From Candidatus Shapirobacteria bacterium (GTDB lineage Bacteria; Patescibacteriota; Microgenomatia; UBA12405): 64,000 nt of DNA. The translations under genes and the position numbers were made by a program. Of the stretch, positions 38,924 to 49,653 are shown one piece after another. The stretch covers positions 231,983 to 295,982 of the forward strand of contig JBAZTV010000001.1 in the NCBI GenBank assembly GCA_041661765.1, read 5' to 3'. How positions within the stretch are numbered: position 1 is the first letter of the stretch; each line of letters begins with the position of its first letter. The notes beneath the pieces were generated by a model that was not told where the DNA came from, made no database searches, and worked only from the letters and a program-made list of their open reading frames with translations.

Positions 38924-40552
38924 TTAAATTATTTTTACAATTTTAGATTTTTCTAAAACTGGTGTTTCATCACAAGTTAATTTTTTTAAAAAATCTGCCA
39001 ATTCGGCTGTCGCCACGCAAACATATGAATCAGCCCCGCCGTAATAAACAAATAATGTTTCATTAATAATCACCGCCCCGCACGGAAAAACTATACCAGC
39101 TTTAAAACCATTATTTTCATAATCTTCAGTTGGGCTTAAGATAGGTAATTTTGTTCGATATAAAACTTTTGTTGGGTCATCTAAGTCCAACAACATTGCT
39201 CCAATTAAATAAGGGTTATAAGCGTCAGGTTTTTCAACATAATCATAAGGAGTGCCATAATAAATCAAAAGCCAACCCTCTTTTGTTTTTATTGGCGGAG
39301 CCCCAGTTCCTATTTTTCCGCCATCCCACATATTTGGTCGAGTTTTTATTCTATATTGTCCTTTAAGCCAAGTACTGCCATCAAAAGCCAGACTATCAAC
39401 GAAATCAATTAAGATATCGGGAAAAATACGATGCATTATTACATATTTGCCATTTATTTTTTCCGGAAAAACAGCCGGTCCTTTATCCACCACTCCTGGT
39501 GGTGATATCAACACTGGTTTTTCCCAAAGCCATCGTCGATTTAAGAAATCATTTAGTGCAATTGAAGTTAATGCCACTCTTGGCAGATCTGATCCATTAA
39601 AAGCCACATAAGTCATATAAATTTTATTGTCAATCAAAGTAATTCTCGGATCTTCCACTCCGCCGTACCCTCCACCTGAAACATATTTCAAATTTAATTC
39701 ACTAAATTTTTTATCACCCCGCCACTCAAATGATTCATTTGGCTCATAAATCGGCCGATTATATCTCTTATCAATTACAAAACCATTTTTACTGGTGGCG
39801 TATCCTACTACTGAAACATAATCATAACCCTGTGCTCTGTATAAAATATGAACCTTACCTCCAGCGTAAACAGCTGCTGGGTTAAAAGTGTTAAATGCTT
39901 CCCATCTATTTTTACTTCGCGGTTTAATTATTGGATTCGTTTGTATTTTATCCAGAGTTAAATGAACACTCTCTTTCACTTTGTTTTCTCTTAATTTAAA
40001 ACTTGGGTAAATCACCGCCTGAATTTGTTTGTTACCAACACACCAGTAACCAATAATATCTCCTTCAATCATTACCAATCCAATAAATACAACTTCCTTT
40101 CCCACCCACGAACTTGATGATTCCCACAATGGTACCGCACATCGCCAAATTATCTTTTTTGCACTATTTGTTGATAACAATGCTATTCCCACCCGACATT
40201 CATTTTCCTGGTTACAACTATGATAAACAATTAATTTTCCTCGTCCAGTTTTAACAACCCCTTCAATTTCAATTTTCCCGTTATCAAAAAAATCAGGCCT
40301 TGGTTGTATTATCTCAGTAAATTTTTCATATTTATTTATTTTTTGATAATTAGCACTTATTTTTTTGGTCAATTCAAAGTTAAACCCATCATTGCTTTTA
40401 GCTACCCTAAACTCTTTACCTTTATCCGTCGATGATCGAAATATCAAAAAAAATGATTTTCCAATTTGTTTTATCCCCAGACCACTAATCATCTTTTTCT
40501 TTGTTATTTTTGGTTGTCCAAATTTTTCTATTATTTTTTTTATTAAATCCAT
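38924..40552 (-). CDS. GH130-like glycosidase/phosphorylase family protein, paralogue of the upstream gene
   Basis: 'VEDPRITLIDNKIYMTYVAFNG'. Similar overall architecture. Confidence 0.65.
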   Translation of the reverse strand: MDLIKKIIEKFGQPKITKKKMISGLGIKQIGKSFFLIFRSSTDKGKEFRVAKSNDGFNFELTKKISANYQKINKYEKFTEIIQPRPDFFDNGKIEIEGVVKTGRGKLIVYHSCNQENECRVGIALLSTNSAKKIIWRCAVPLWESSSSWVGKEVVFIGLVMIEGDIIGYWCVGNKQIQAVIYPSFKLRENKVKESVHLTLDKIQTNPIIKPRSKNRWEAFNTFNPAAVYAGGKVHILYRAQGYDYVSVVGYATSKNGFVIDKRYNRPIYEPNESFEWRGDKKFSELNLKYVSGGGYGGVEDPRITLIDNKIYMTYVAFNGSDLPRVALTSIALNDFLNRRWLWEKPVLISPPGVVDKGPAVFPEKINGKYVIMHRIFPDILIDFVDSLAFDGSTWLKGQYRIKTRPNMWDGGKIGTGAPPIKTKEGWLLIYYGTPYDYVEKPDAYNPYLIGAMLLDLDDPTKVLYRTKLPILSPTEDYENNGFKAGIVFPCGAVIINETLFVYYGGADSYVCVATAELADFLKKLTCDETPVLEKSKIVKII

Positions 40553-40928
40553 TATTCAAATATCAAAAATACAATTCACTTATATTAAAAACAAAAAAAC
40601 ATCTGCAACCACTTTTATTGAATCAATTGTTTAATATTATTTAATAATATTGTTATTAAATTAAAAAATAATTAAATTAAATTAAACATGCCTTTGTTAT
40701 CCGGGTTAAATAATGCTCAGGTAACTCTAAATCAAAAAAAATTTGGTTCCAATGAGTTAGTTAAAAAAAAGAGGGTTCCACTGATTATTATTAAAAATAT
40801 CTAAATTTAATTTAACAATTTAGTATTAAATTTAACTCCTATATGGTTATTTTAGGTCTTGAACTTATTGGCATTAGAATATTATTCGCAGATAAAATTA
40901 AATCAATATTAAAATCTAAAAAATATAA

Positions 40929-41153
40929 TTAATTTATTTTTACTTCAAAAATTTTATTTTTTGATTTAACCCCACGGAGTAAAAATATTTCATTTTTTTT
41001 GATTTTAAAAAAATCAGCCAAAATTTCAATAACAGCCTCATTAGCCTTTCCTTCTAATGGTGGTGTATTCACATAAACATGTAGCATCTCCATTAAATCT
41101 TTTTCAATTCGTGTCTTTTTAGAATTAGGATGAACCACCACTGTCACTTTCAT
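40929..41153 (-). CDS. DUF167 (YggU-like) protein
   Basis: 'VHPNSKKTRI...VNTPPLEGKANEAVIEILA' matches the UPF0235 pattern. Confidence 0.6.
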   Translation of the reverse strand: MKVTVVVHPNSKKTRIEKDLMEMLHVYVNTPPLEGKANEAVIEILADFFKIKKNEIFLLRGVKSKNKIFEVKIN

Positions 41154-41171
41154 AATTTATTTCCAACGAAA

Positions 41172-41594
41172 TTATTTTTTATCCTTAATTTCCACTATTT
41201 CTTTATGTAAAATAATTAATCTCGCTTCAATATCTTTAATCATCTTAATTATTTCATCATCATCAATATCATCCTCTTCATTTAACTCTTCCACATCTTC
41301 TTGGATATCATCAACATCTATTTGGATTTCATCTATATCTTTTTCAACACTAGCCAAGCTTTCGGTTGTTCGATTAACACTCATTTGAATAAAAATAGAC
41401 AGATAAATTGCTTCCAATGATACTATTGTCGTTAAGATCAATAAAATTTTATCCATATCGAAACCCACAAATTTTAATGAAAAAATTCCCACAAATAAAA
41501 AAGTGTGAATCACAATCGACAAAGGCGTTCCTATATAACGAGTTAATTTTTCAGAAATTTCCTCTAATCTTTTCATTATTAAATGATAACTCAT
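41172..41594 (-). CDS. DUF1003-like membrane protein with an acidic C-terminal tail
   Basis: 'SLEAIYLSIFIQMSVNRTT', two transmembrane helices. Confidence 0.45.
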   Translation of the reverse strand: MSYHLIMKRLEEISEKLTRYIGTPLSIVIHTFLFVGIFSLKFVGFDMDKILLILTTIVSLEAIYLSIFIQMSVNRTTESLASVEKDIDEIQIDVDDIQEDVEELNEEDDIDDDEIIKMIKDIEARLIILHKEIVEIKDKK

Positions 41595-41602
41595 TAAAAC
41601 AA

Positions 41603-41629
41603 AAATGGGGTGCTTTTAGCACCCCATTT
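41603..41629 (-). terminator. Rho-independent terminator of the RRM-protein gene
   Basis: 12-bp perfect stem AAATGGGGTGCT/AGCACCCCATTT with loop TTT. On the minus strand it is followed by TTTTGTTTT. Confidence 0.75.
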
Positions 41630-41649
41630 AGATTATCTAAAAAAAGAGA

Positions 41650-41988
41650 TTAGTATCTACTACCACCACTTCTTCCACCGCCAAATCCACCGCGGTCACT
41701 TCCACCTCGAGAGAAATTATCTCTTCGTGGGGGTCGATCTTCCATTGGTCTGGCTTCGTTAACTTTAACGCTTCGGCCATCCAATTCTTTATCGTTCCAC
41801 ATGTCGATAGCAGCTTGAGCTTCTTCGTCACTGTTCATTTCCACAAATCCAAAACCTTTGGATCTACCTGAAAATTTATCTTTAATAACTACAGCTGAAA
41901 CAACAGTTCCAGCTTGGGCAAAAGATGCCCCTAAGGTCTCATCGGTAGTATTGAAATTCAATCCTCCGACATACAATTTTTTGATCAT
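41650..41988 (-). CDS. Glycine/arginine-rich RNA-binding protein (RRM)
   Basis: RNP-2 'LYVGGL', RNP-1 'KGFGFVEM', C-terminal RGG/GGF tail. Confidence 0.8.
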   Translation of the reverse strand: MIKKLYVGGLNFNTTDETLGASFAQAGTVVSAVVIKDKFSGRSKGFGFVEMNSDEEAQAAIDMWNDKELDGRSVKVNEARPMEDRPPRRDNFSRGGSDRGGFGGGRSGGSRY

Positions 41989-42095
41989 TGTCTGAAAAAA
42001 TATAATAAACTTGTAGATTTAATCTACGAGAGTATTGTACCCAATTTATTAATTAAAAGCAAATAGACCTTTACTTTTTGTGATAATATTAACCC

Positions 42096-42569
42096 ATGAA
42101 GCCAAGAACCAAAAATAAGTTTAATGTAATCAAATTTATTTTTTGTATTTTAATCACTGAGGGTGCTGGTGTTTTGGGCAGTGTAGCTACATATTCATCA
42201 GTTAAATCATGGTATTTAACTGATCTTATTAAACCATCTTTCAATCCACCCTCTTGGCTCTTCGCTCCTGTCTGGACAACTTTATTTTTTCTTATGGGTA
42301 CGGCTCTTTATTTAGTTTGGACCAAAAAAAATAATTTATTTTGGTTTTGGATTCAACTACTTTTAAATATTCTTTGGTCTTTCTTATTTTTTGGTTTACA
42401 TTCTCCCTTATTCGCTTTTTTTGAAATCATTTTTCTTTGGTTTGCAATCCTAATCACCATTATTAAATTTTGGTCTTTTAATAAAAATGCTGGTTTTTTA
42501 TTGCTTCCATATTTAGCTTGGGTTAGTTTTGCCTCTTTTCTTAATTTTTCCATCGCCCGTCTCAATTAA
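42096..42569 (+). CDS. TspO/MBR-family tryptophan-rich sensory protein
   Basis: 'PSFNPPSWLFAPVWTTLFFLMG', five transmembrane segments. Confidence 0.75.
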   Translation: MKPRTKNKFNVIKFIFCILITEGAGVLGSVATYSSVKSWYLTDLIKPSFNPPSWLFAPVWTTLFFLMGTALYLVWTKKNNLFWFWIQLLLNILWSFLFFGLHSPLFAFFEIIFLWFAILITIIKFWSFNKNAGFLLLPYLAWVSFASFLNFSIARLN

Positions 42570-42572
42570 GCT

Positions 42573-43718
42573 TTGGTACAATATCCCATGTCTTTAGATC
42601 AAAAAGATTATTCCTATAATCTGCCTAAAAATTTAATTGCCAACCATCCAACCAATTATCGCGACCATTGTCGTCTTTTATCTTTGAATAAAAAAACTGG
42701 TGAAATTAATCATCTCAAATTTTTCGATCTAAAAAATATTCTCGGCCCCAATGATGTTTTAGTTCTAAACCAAAGTAAGGTTTTCCCTGCACGCCTTTTT
42801 GGTCACAAAAAATCCAGTGGTCAATTTGAAATTTTATTATTTCATCAAATTTCCGCCACTAATTGGCAGGTCATTTCCAAACCTCGCCTACTTGTTGGCC
42901 AGGAATTATTTTTTAGTCACGATTTAACCGCTCAGGTTTTAACCAGTGATAAAACCACCGGCCAAATTGAAATTAAATTTAATCAAAGCCATCAGCAATT
43001 TTGGCAAACTTTGGATAAAATTGGTCACACTCCAATTCCGCCCTACATTCACACCTCAGATTCCGAAACCGAAATTAGAAAAGAATATCAAACCGTTTAT
43101 GCCAAAGAAATCGGTTCCGCTGCCGCTCCTACTGCCGGTCTTCATTTTACTAAAAAGTTATTGGCCAATTTAAAAAATAGGGGAGTCCAAATAGAATACA
43201 TCACTCTTCATGTTGGTCTTGGTACTTTTCAAAATCTTCGTCCCGAAAATATTACTACAAAAACTCTTCATCAAGAATTTTATGAAATTACCCCAGAGAT
43301 CGCTAATCGTTTAAATATAGCCAAACAACAGGGTAAACGCATCGTTGCCGTAGGTACCACTTCCGTCCGCACCCTCGAATCCGCCGCAGTCAAAATTAAT
43401 GATAAAAATTTTAAAGATACAATTTTTTATGATATCGAACGTGGCAACACATTCGCCGAGCATAAAAAATTAGTATCGAAAAATTTAAATAATTATCAAA
43501 TAACTTCTGGCCCAAATTCCACCCAAATTTTCATTTACCCGCCTTATAAATTTAAATTTGTCGATGCTCTTATCACTAATTTTCATTTACCCGAATCTAG
43601 TCTTTTAATGCTGGTTTCCGCTTTTGCTGGTAAAAAAAATATTCTTAAAGCTTATCAAGAGGCCATCAATCAAAAATATCGTTTCTTTAGTTTTGGTGAT
43701 GCCATGTTTATTTCTTAA
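42573..43718 (+). CDS. queA: S-adenosylmethionine:tRNA ribosyltransferase-isomerase
   Basis: 'DYSYNLPKNLIANHP...RDHCRLL', 'TAGLHFT', C-terminal 'FSFGDAMF'. Confidence 0.85.
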   Translation: MVQYPMSLDQKDYSYNLPKNLIANHPTNYRDHCRLLSLNKKTGEINHLKFFDLKNILGPNDVLVLNQSKVFPARLFGHKKSSGQFEILLFHQISATNWQVISKPRLLVGQELFFSHDLTAQVLTSDKTTGQIEIKFNQSHQQFWQTLDKIGHTPIPPYIHTSDSETEIRKEYQTVYAKEIGSAAAPTAGLHFTKKLLANLKNRGVQIEYITLHVGLGTFQNLRPENITTKTLHQEFYEITPEIANRLNIAKQQGKRIVAVGTTSVRTLESAAVKINDKNFKDTIFYDIERGNTFAEHKKLVSKNLNNYQITSGPNSTQIFIYPPYKFKFVDALITNFHLPESSLLMLVSAFAGKKNILKAYQEAINQKYRFFSFGDAMFIS

Positions 43719-43745
43719 TTTTTTTTTGATATATTAATTACAGAC

Positions 43746-44099
43746 ATGAAAAAAAAAGAAGTGGAGGAGATTAAATCTCTTGAAGAAAAAGGGACTAATC
43801 CATTCAAAGGTTTTATCGAATTTATTCGTTCCCAGGGTGTTGTTGGTTTAGCTGTTGGTTTCATCATGGGTGGGTCAATAACTAAATTAATTACTGCTTT
43901 TGTTAACGATATCATTAACCCAATTGTCGGTATTTTTATCGGTGCCGCAGACCTTCAAGGTTCCTACATTCAAGTTGCTAATGCCAAAATTATGTGGGGC
44001 AGTTTTATAAGTAGTACCATCGATTTTATAATTATGGCATTTATTATCTATTTCAGTGTTCAAATTTTGGGTATCAATAAAATTGATAAGAAAAAGTAG
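43746..44099 (+). CDS. mscL: Large-conductance mechanosensitive channel
   Basis: 'FKGFIEFIRSQGVVGLAVGFIMGGSITKLITAFVNDIINP'. Confidence 0.8.
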   Translation: MKKKEVEEIKSLEEKGTNPFKGFIEFIRSQGVVGLAVGFIMGGSITKLITAFVNDIINPIVGIFIGAADLQGSYIQVANAKIMWGSFISSTIDFIIMAFIIYFSVQILGINKIDKKK

Positions 44100-44652
44100 G
44101 ATTTTCTCCTAAGTTAAATCTTCTCATATCCATCCATTCACCATTATTGTATTTTTTTCTGACCAATATTTCTGAAATATTAATCCTCATTAATTTTATC
44201 TCTCCCTCAAATATTTTTTGCACCTCATCCAATCTGTTTAATGGAACTTCTTTTAATAACGTTACATGCGGAATATAATCATGATTATTTTGTTTTCTTA
44301 AATTAGTTGATTTAATAATTTCATGAATCCCATAATGCAAATCAACAATTGCTTCTTTTTCATCTAAATCTGTCGTCGTTAAATATATTAATCCAGTTGT
44401 TCGGTTTTTAAAGCAATCAATTTTATCCAATGTAAATTCAAATGGATTTTGCATTGACAACCATTCATTTAAATCGACCCTTATCGCTTCTCTTGAGCAA
44501 TACAAAGATGGTTCAACTGTTAAATGAAAATCATATCCAACTTCTTCGCCTATTTTAAATATTTTATTAACTCTTTTCGTCACACACCTCAAGTATTCAT
44601 TTTCTTTTTTCGGTAACTCTACTTCTATAAAGTATAAGTTTTCTTTATTCAT
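44074..44652 (-). CDS. 2H phosphoesterase / LigT-like protein
   Basis: Two HxT/S motifs: 'FHLTV' and 'PHVTL'. Confidence 0.5.
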   Translation of the reverse strand: MNKENLYFIEVELPKKENEYLRCVTKRVNKIFKIGEEVGYDFHLTVEPSLYCSREAIRVDLNEWLSMQNPFEFTLDKIDCFKNRTTGLIYLTTTDLDEKEAIVDLHYGIHEIIKSTNLRKQNNHDYIPHVTLLKEVPLNRLDEVQKIFEGEIKLMRINISEILVRKKYNNGEWMDMRRFNLGENPTFSYQFY

Positions 44653-44661
44653 GTATTACAT

Positions 44662-46341
44662 TTATTTTTTCATCGCTTCCATAAATGCCAAAAATATTGG
44701 ATGCGGTGTTAGAGGTCTTGCAATATATTCTGGATGAAATTGAGTCGCCATAAAAAATGGATGATTAGCTAATTCAATTGCTTCTACTAATTTTCCATCT
44801 GGTGATGTTCCAGAAATTATTAATCCGGATTTTTCTAATTGTTCTCTATATTCAGCATTAACTTCATACCTATGTCTATGTCTTTCAAAAATAATTTTTT
44901 CTTTTTCTTCAAAATGCAACTTCATTTGATTTTCAATATTCCATGGAGCATCTTCATCTTTTCCAAACTTTTCATAAGCATTAAATAACTTTGTATTTGG
45001 AGTCAATTTACATGGCCATGCACCCAAACGAATAGTTCCGCCATACTGTTTCTTTTTCAAATATTCTTCTTGGTCTGGCATGGTGTGAATCACTGGATAT
45101 TTAGTTTTTTTATCAACCTCTACTGAATTTGCGCCTTTTAATCCAACTACATCACGAGCAAATTCAATCACTGCCATTTGCATTCCAAAACACAATCCTA
45201 AAAATGGGATTTTACCTTCTCTAGCATTTTTAATTGCCATAATTTTTCCCTCAACTCCGCGACTACCCCAACCCTGTGGCACCACCACACCATCAAATCC
45301 ATCCAGCTTCATGTTATTTTTTTCCAATTCTCCACTATCAATCCACGATAACTCTGGAATAACTCCAACTGTCCAAGCCGCTTGTTTTATTGCTTCAATT
45401 ACTGAAATATAAGAATCAGTCAATTTATAATCACCAGTGGCAAAATATTTTCCTACCATGGCAATCTTTACAGGTTTTTTAGCCGTTTTCTTACATTCTA
45501 CAAATTTATTCCATTTTTTTAAGTCGCCAGTTTCTGATTTTATTTTTAATCCCAGTTTTTTCAAAATCTTTTCATCGAATTTTTGTTTTTTAAAATGTTC
45601 TGGTAGGACATAAACACTTTCCACATCTGGGTTGCTAATTATATTTTCTTCATTTAAATTACAAAAAACTGCCAATTTTTCTTTTCTCTTTTCATCAATT
45701 TCTTTTTCGCTTCTAGCCACCAAGAAATCTGGTTGTATTCCCATCGCATTTAATAAATGAGTCGATTGTTGGGCTGGCTTACTTTTAAGTTCGCCAATGT
45801 TTTTTAAAAATGGCAGATAGGTTACATGAATTTGAATTACATCTTTTGGTTGTTTTAATCTTAAAATCCTACTTGCCTCAAAAAATAAGCTATTTTGATA
45901 TTCACCAACAGTTCCGCCTAATTCAATAATAACAACATCGGCTTTATTTGATTTTCCTGCTTTTTTAATTCGCTCGATAATTTCATCTGTCACATGAGGA
46001 ATTGCTTCCACATCTTCACCATCATAACCAAATGCTCTTTCCCGATCAATCACTGCTTTGTAAACTTGTCCGGTGGTAATATAATTTGACCTATCCAGCG
46101 ACACTCCCACAAATCTTTCATAATTCCCCAAATCCTGATCAGTTTCCATCCCATCTTTTGTTACAAACACTTCGCCGTGTTCTTGTGGCCTAATCGTTCC
46201 AGCATCAATATTTAAATACATATCAATTTTAATATTAGTGACTTTATATTCTCTATTTTTTAAAATTAATCCAATTGTAGCGGCCGTAATTCCTTTACCT
46301 AAACCGCTAACCACTCCGCCAGATATAAAAATATATTTCAT
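44662..46341 (-). CDS. pyrG: CTP synthase
   Basis: 'MKYIFISGGVVSGLGKGITAA' N-terminus and the glutamine amidotransferase 'GLCFGMQ' motif. Confidence 0.95.
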   Translation of the reverse strand: MKYIFISGGVVSGLGKGITAATIGLILKNREYKVTNIKIDMYLNIDAGTIRPQEHGEVFVTKDGMETDQDLGNYERFVGVSLDRSNYITTGQVYKAVIDRERAFGYDGEDVEAIPHVTDEIIERIKKAGKSNKADVVIIELGGTVGEYQNSLFFEASRILRLKQPKDVIQIHVTYLPFLKNIGELKSKPAQQSTHLLNAMGIQPDFLVARSEKEIDEKRKEKLAVFCNLNEENIISNPDVESVYVLPEHFKKQKFDEKILKKLGLKIKSETGDLKKWNKFVECKKTAKKPVKIAMVGKYFATGDYKLTDSYISVIEAIKQAAWTVGVIPELSWIDSGELEKNNMKLDGFDGVVVPQGWGSRGVEGKIMAIKNAREGKIPFLGLCFGMQMAVIEFARDVVGLKGANSVEVDKKTKYPVIHTMPDQEEYLKKKQYGGTIRLGAWPCKLTPNTKLFNAYEKFGKDEDAPWNIENQMKLHFEEKEKIIFERHRHRYEVNAEYREQLEKSGLIISGTSPDGKLVEAIELANHPFFMATQFHPEYIARPLTPHPIFLAFMEAMKK

Positions 46342-46421
46342 GATCTCATTATAAATATGTATGTTTTAAATTAAAGACATTTCTTTATTTACAATTTAGT
46401 GGTTTAATAAAAATATCACCC

Positions 46422-47735
46422 CTATTTTTTCCATTTTTCCAACTCCATCTCTCTGAAATTTTTTTGCTCCACCATTTTATACCCAAAATTAGTCAATATT
46501 TTTGCGTGATCCACTCCATGAATTAATTCTCCGTAAGGAATCACTTCGATTTCATCATCTGAGATCGGACCTCTGATATCTGAAATCTGAATATTGGGGT
46601 CATAAAATTTAATAGGATCACTAAACGATGAAATCATATACACCTGAGATCTATCATCTGAGATATGACCAACTACTGACTTCCAATCTTCCCGATAATA
46701 ATTAGGATTCAACAGATACATCAAACTGAAAATTAAAAATCCTCCACCTGTCAATATTTTTTGCCAATTTTTATCGCAATTAATTGCCAACACTAAAGCC
46801 ATAATCGGCACTAAATATAAAAATCTAAAATATTGTAAAAGAGGTGATTTAATCGAAAATAAAATTCCCAAAATAATTGGCATTACCAAAAATATTTTTA
46901 ACCAATTACTTTCTTTTTTGTTCTTCAAAACTAATCCCAAAATAATCAGACTCCAGATTCCACCAATCAAATAATACCAAACCTTAGGATAAAAACTAAT
47001 TCTTCCTATACCAAATTTTATTGGAATTAATAATAAATTTTTTAAATTTACTTTCCCTAAAACCAACATCCAATTAGTCACTTGCACCAGCATTATTTGC
47101 GAATTTTTAACTTGAATCAAAAGTAGGGGGGTCAACATAATTATTGCTAATCCAGTGCCGATGTTCGTTAGCCAAAATAATTTCCATTCTTTTTTTATTA
47201 AAAAATAAGTAGTAAAACTAGCAATCAAAAAAATCGATCCATAAAATGTTCCAAAAGCCAATCCCATCATCAAATTAAAAATAACCAAATCCCTAATATT
47301 ATATTTTTTATTTTTAATTTTTATAAAATAATAAAGTCCAATCATTAACCACATCGTCGCCATCGAGTACATTCGAAGTTCTTGTGAATAATAAATAAAA
47401 AGCGGATTAAGAGTCAAAAATAGGGCCGCTAAAATTCCAATTTTTTTATTTTTAATTTTCTTACCAATTAAATAAACAAAATAAATTGTAATTAAAGAAA
47501 ACAAAACAGAACTCAATCGTAATGCAATCACATTGCTCCCAAAAAATTTTGTCCATAAATTCAAAAACCAATAAAAAATCGGAGGATGAAAATCTCCTAC
47601 TGAAAAATTTTTTAAAATTTCTCCAATTGGCATTTTTGCCACATTGGCCGAAATTGCCTCATCAAGCCATAACGATTGACCGATTCCAATTAACCTAAAT
47701 CCAAAGGCTAAAATTAAAATAACTATTATTTCCAT
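46422..47735 (-). CDS. GT39/ArnT-like membrane glycosyltransferase
   Basis: 'FRLIGIGQSLWLDEAISA' N-terminal motif, polytopic. Confidence 0.55.
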   Translation of the reverse strand: MEIIVILILAFGFRLIGIGQSLWLDEAISANVAKMPIGEILKNFSVGDFHPPIFYWFLNLWTKFFGSNVIALRLSSVLFSLITIYFVYLIGKKIKNKKIGILAALFLTLNPLFIYYSQELRMYSMATMWLMIGLYYFIKIKNKKYNIRDLVIFNLMMGLAFGTFYGSIFLIASFTTYFLIKKEWKLFWLTNIGTGLAIIMLTPLLLIQVKNSQIMLVQVTNWMLVLGKVNLKNLLLIPIKFGIGRISFYPKVWYYLIGGIWSLIILGLVLKNKKESNWLKIFLVMPIILGILFSIKSPLLQYFRFLYLVPIMALVLAINCDKNWQKILTGGGFLIFSLMYLLNPNYYREDWKSVVGHISDDRSQVYMISSFSDPIKFYDPNIQISDIRGPISDDEIEVIPYGELIHGVDHAKILTNFGYKMVEQKNFREMELEKWKK

Positions 47736-47790
47736 TTAAAATTAATTATAAACCAAATCATTTTTTTTAATTTTACTGTAAACTGAATTA

Positions 47791-48462
47791 ATGAAACGAG
47801 TTATTTGTATTACTGGTGGCGCCAATGGTCTTGGTCGCGAACTGGTTGCTTTTTTTTCCCATCAAGCCCAAGTAATTATTTTTGACATTGACCCCAAACT
47901 TACAGAAATTGTTGCTCAAAAATTTGACTGCGATTTTCAAATTTGTGATGTCTCTGATTTTAAATCAGTTTCTGTCTCCATTAAAAAAATTTTTAAAAAA
48001 TACCATCGAATTGATTGTTTCATTAATTGTGCCGGCATTTTTGTCGACGGCGAAATAGAATCCAATAATTCTGACTTAATAAAAAAAGTTTTTGAAGTTA
48101 ATAGTCTTGGCCCAATTTTTACCACCCAAATTCTAACCCCAATTTTGAAAAAGCAAAAATCTGGCACTATTATTAATATCAATTCTACTGCCGGTCTTCA
48201 CCCAAAAGCCTTTAATTCTGTCTATCATTCTTCCAAGTGGGCTCTAACTGGTTTTTCTGAATCAATTCAATTAGAATTAGCCAGTTTTGGTATTAAAATT
48301 GTGGACATTCATCCTGGTGTTATGAAAACTAAATTTACTAATGAATCAAGCAATGAATTATCAAACGCTCTTGAGCCTCATCAAGTTGTTAAAGCCATCG
48401 ATTTTATTCTATCACTAGATAAAGATACTATAATTCCCGAATTGACCATAAAGCATCTCTAG
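47791..48462 (+). CDS. Short-chain dehydrogenase/reductase (SDR)
   Basis: 'ITGGANGLGREL' and 'YHSSKWAL'. Confidence 0.8.
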   Translation: MKRVICITGGANGLGRELVAFFSHQAQVIIFDIDPKLTEIVAQKFDCDFQICDVSDFKSVSVSIKKIFKKYHRIDCFINCAGIFVDGEIESNNSDLIKKVFEVNSLGPIFTTQILTPILKKQKSGTIININSTAGLHPKAFNSVYHSSKWALTGFSESIQLELASFGIKIVDIHPGVMKTKFTNESSNELSNALEPHQVVKAIDFILSLDKDTIIPELTIKHL

Positions 48463-48495
48463 TTTATACTGAGATATTAACCAAACAAAACCCGA

Positions 48496-49653
48496 ATGCT
48501 TTCTCAACCACTAGCCTCACTACTTCGCCCTAAAAATTTAGCCGATTTTGTCGGCCAAACTCATTTAGTTGGTCCACAAAAACCACTCCGTCTTGCCATA
48601 GATAACCATCAAGTTTTTTCTATGATTTTTTGGGGACCTCCTGGAGTTGGTAAAACCACTCTTGCTCGAATTTTAGCTGGACAAGCACAAGCGATTATTC
48701 ACGAGTTATCAGCCGTTTCTGCCAGCAAAGATGATATCAAAAAAATTATTGCATCAAGTCGCCCCATGGAGAAAACTATTCTTTTTCTCGACGAAATTCA
48801 TCGTTTCAACAAAGCCCAACAAGATTTTTTACTTCCCTCTGTCGAATCCGGCGTTTTAACTTTAATTGGTGCTACTACTGAAAATCCCAGTTTTGAAGTC
48901 ATTTCTCCATTGCTTTCTCGGTGTCGGGTTTTTACCTTAAAAGAATTAACCGATGATGAAATTGGTGAAATTATTATTCGTGCTTCCGTCAAACTCGAAA
49001 CTAAAATCAGTAAAGATGCAAAAGAATGGCTTACTCAAATGGCCAATGGCGATGCTCGTCAATGTCTCACTATGATCGATAACGCCTTCACTCTTTATGG
49101 TAATTTAAAAATCGAAAGTCTCAAACAATCTCTTCAAAATTCTTTTCTTCGTTTCGATAAAAAAGGGGAAGATCACTATAATACAATCTCCGCATTCATA
49201 AAAAGCATGCGCGCTAGCAATATTGATGCCTCTCTATATTATCTTGCCCGCATGATTGATGCTGGCGAAGACCCAAAATTTATCGCCCGTCGCATGGTTG
49301 TTTTTGCCAGTGAAGACATTGGTATTGCCAATTCTTCGGCATTAATGTTAGCTAACCAAGTTTTTAGAAGTGTTGAAACTATTGGTTATCCCGAGTGTCG
49401 TGAGAACCTTGCCCATGGTGTGGTGTATCTCGCCAAATCGCCCAAAGATCGCTCGGCCTATGAAGCCTATTTAAGTGCTCTTAAAGATGTTCAAACTTTC
49501 GGTAATCTTCCAATACCGCTTAATCTCCGCAACCCTGAGACTAAATTAATGGAAGAAATCGGCTATGGCAAAGGCTATGAAAAATACACTAAAGAATCTT
49601 TATTACCCGACAAAATCAAAGACAAAAAATATTTTGTAGAAAAGAAAAAATAA
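48496..49653 (+). CDS. rarA: Replication-associated recombination protein A (AAA ATPase)
   Basis: '[13 protein letters not shown]', '[15 protein letters not shown]', MgsA C-terminal region. Confidence 0.85.
   Translation: MLSQPLASLLRPKNLADFVGQTHLVGPQKPLRLAIDNHQVFSMIFWGPPGVGKTTLARILAGQAQAIIHELSAVSASKDDIKKIIASSRPMEKTILFLDEIHRFNKAQQDFLLPSVESGVLTLIGATTENPSFEVISPLLSRCRVFTLKELTDDEIGEIIIRASVKLETKISKDAKEWLTQMANGDARQCLTMIDNAFTLYGNLKIESLKQSLQNSFLRFDKKGEDHYNTISAFIKSMRASNIDASLYYLARMIDAGEDPKFIARRMVVFASEDIGIANSSALMLANQVFRSVETIGYPECRENLAHGVVYLAKSPKDRSAYEAYLSALKDVQTFGNLPIPLNLRNPETKLMEEIGYGKGYEKYTKESLLPDKIKDKKYFVEKKK

Noticed and set aside
40553-40928. 375-bp AT-rich non-coding stretch upstream of the GH130 operon, as a possible ncRNA.
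   Set aside because: Extremely AT-rich simple sequence without stable stems; more consistent with a promoter or UP-element region.
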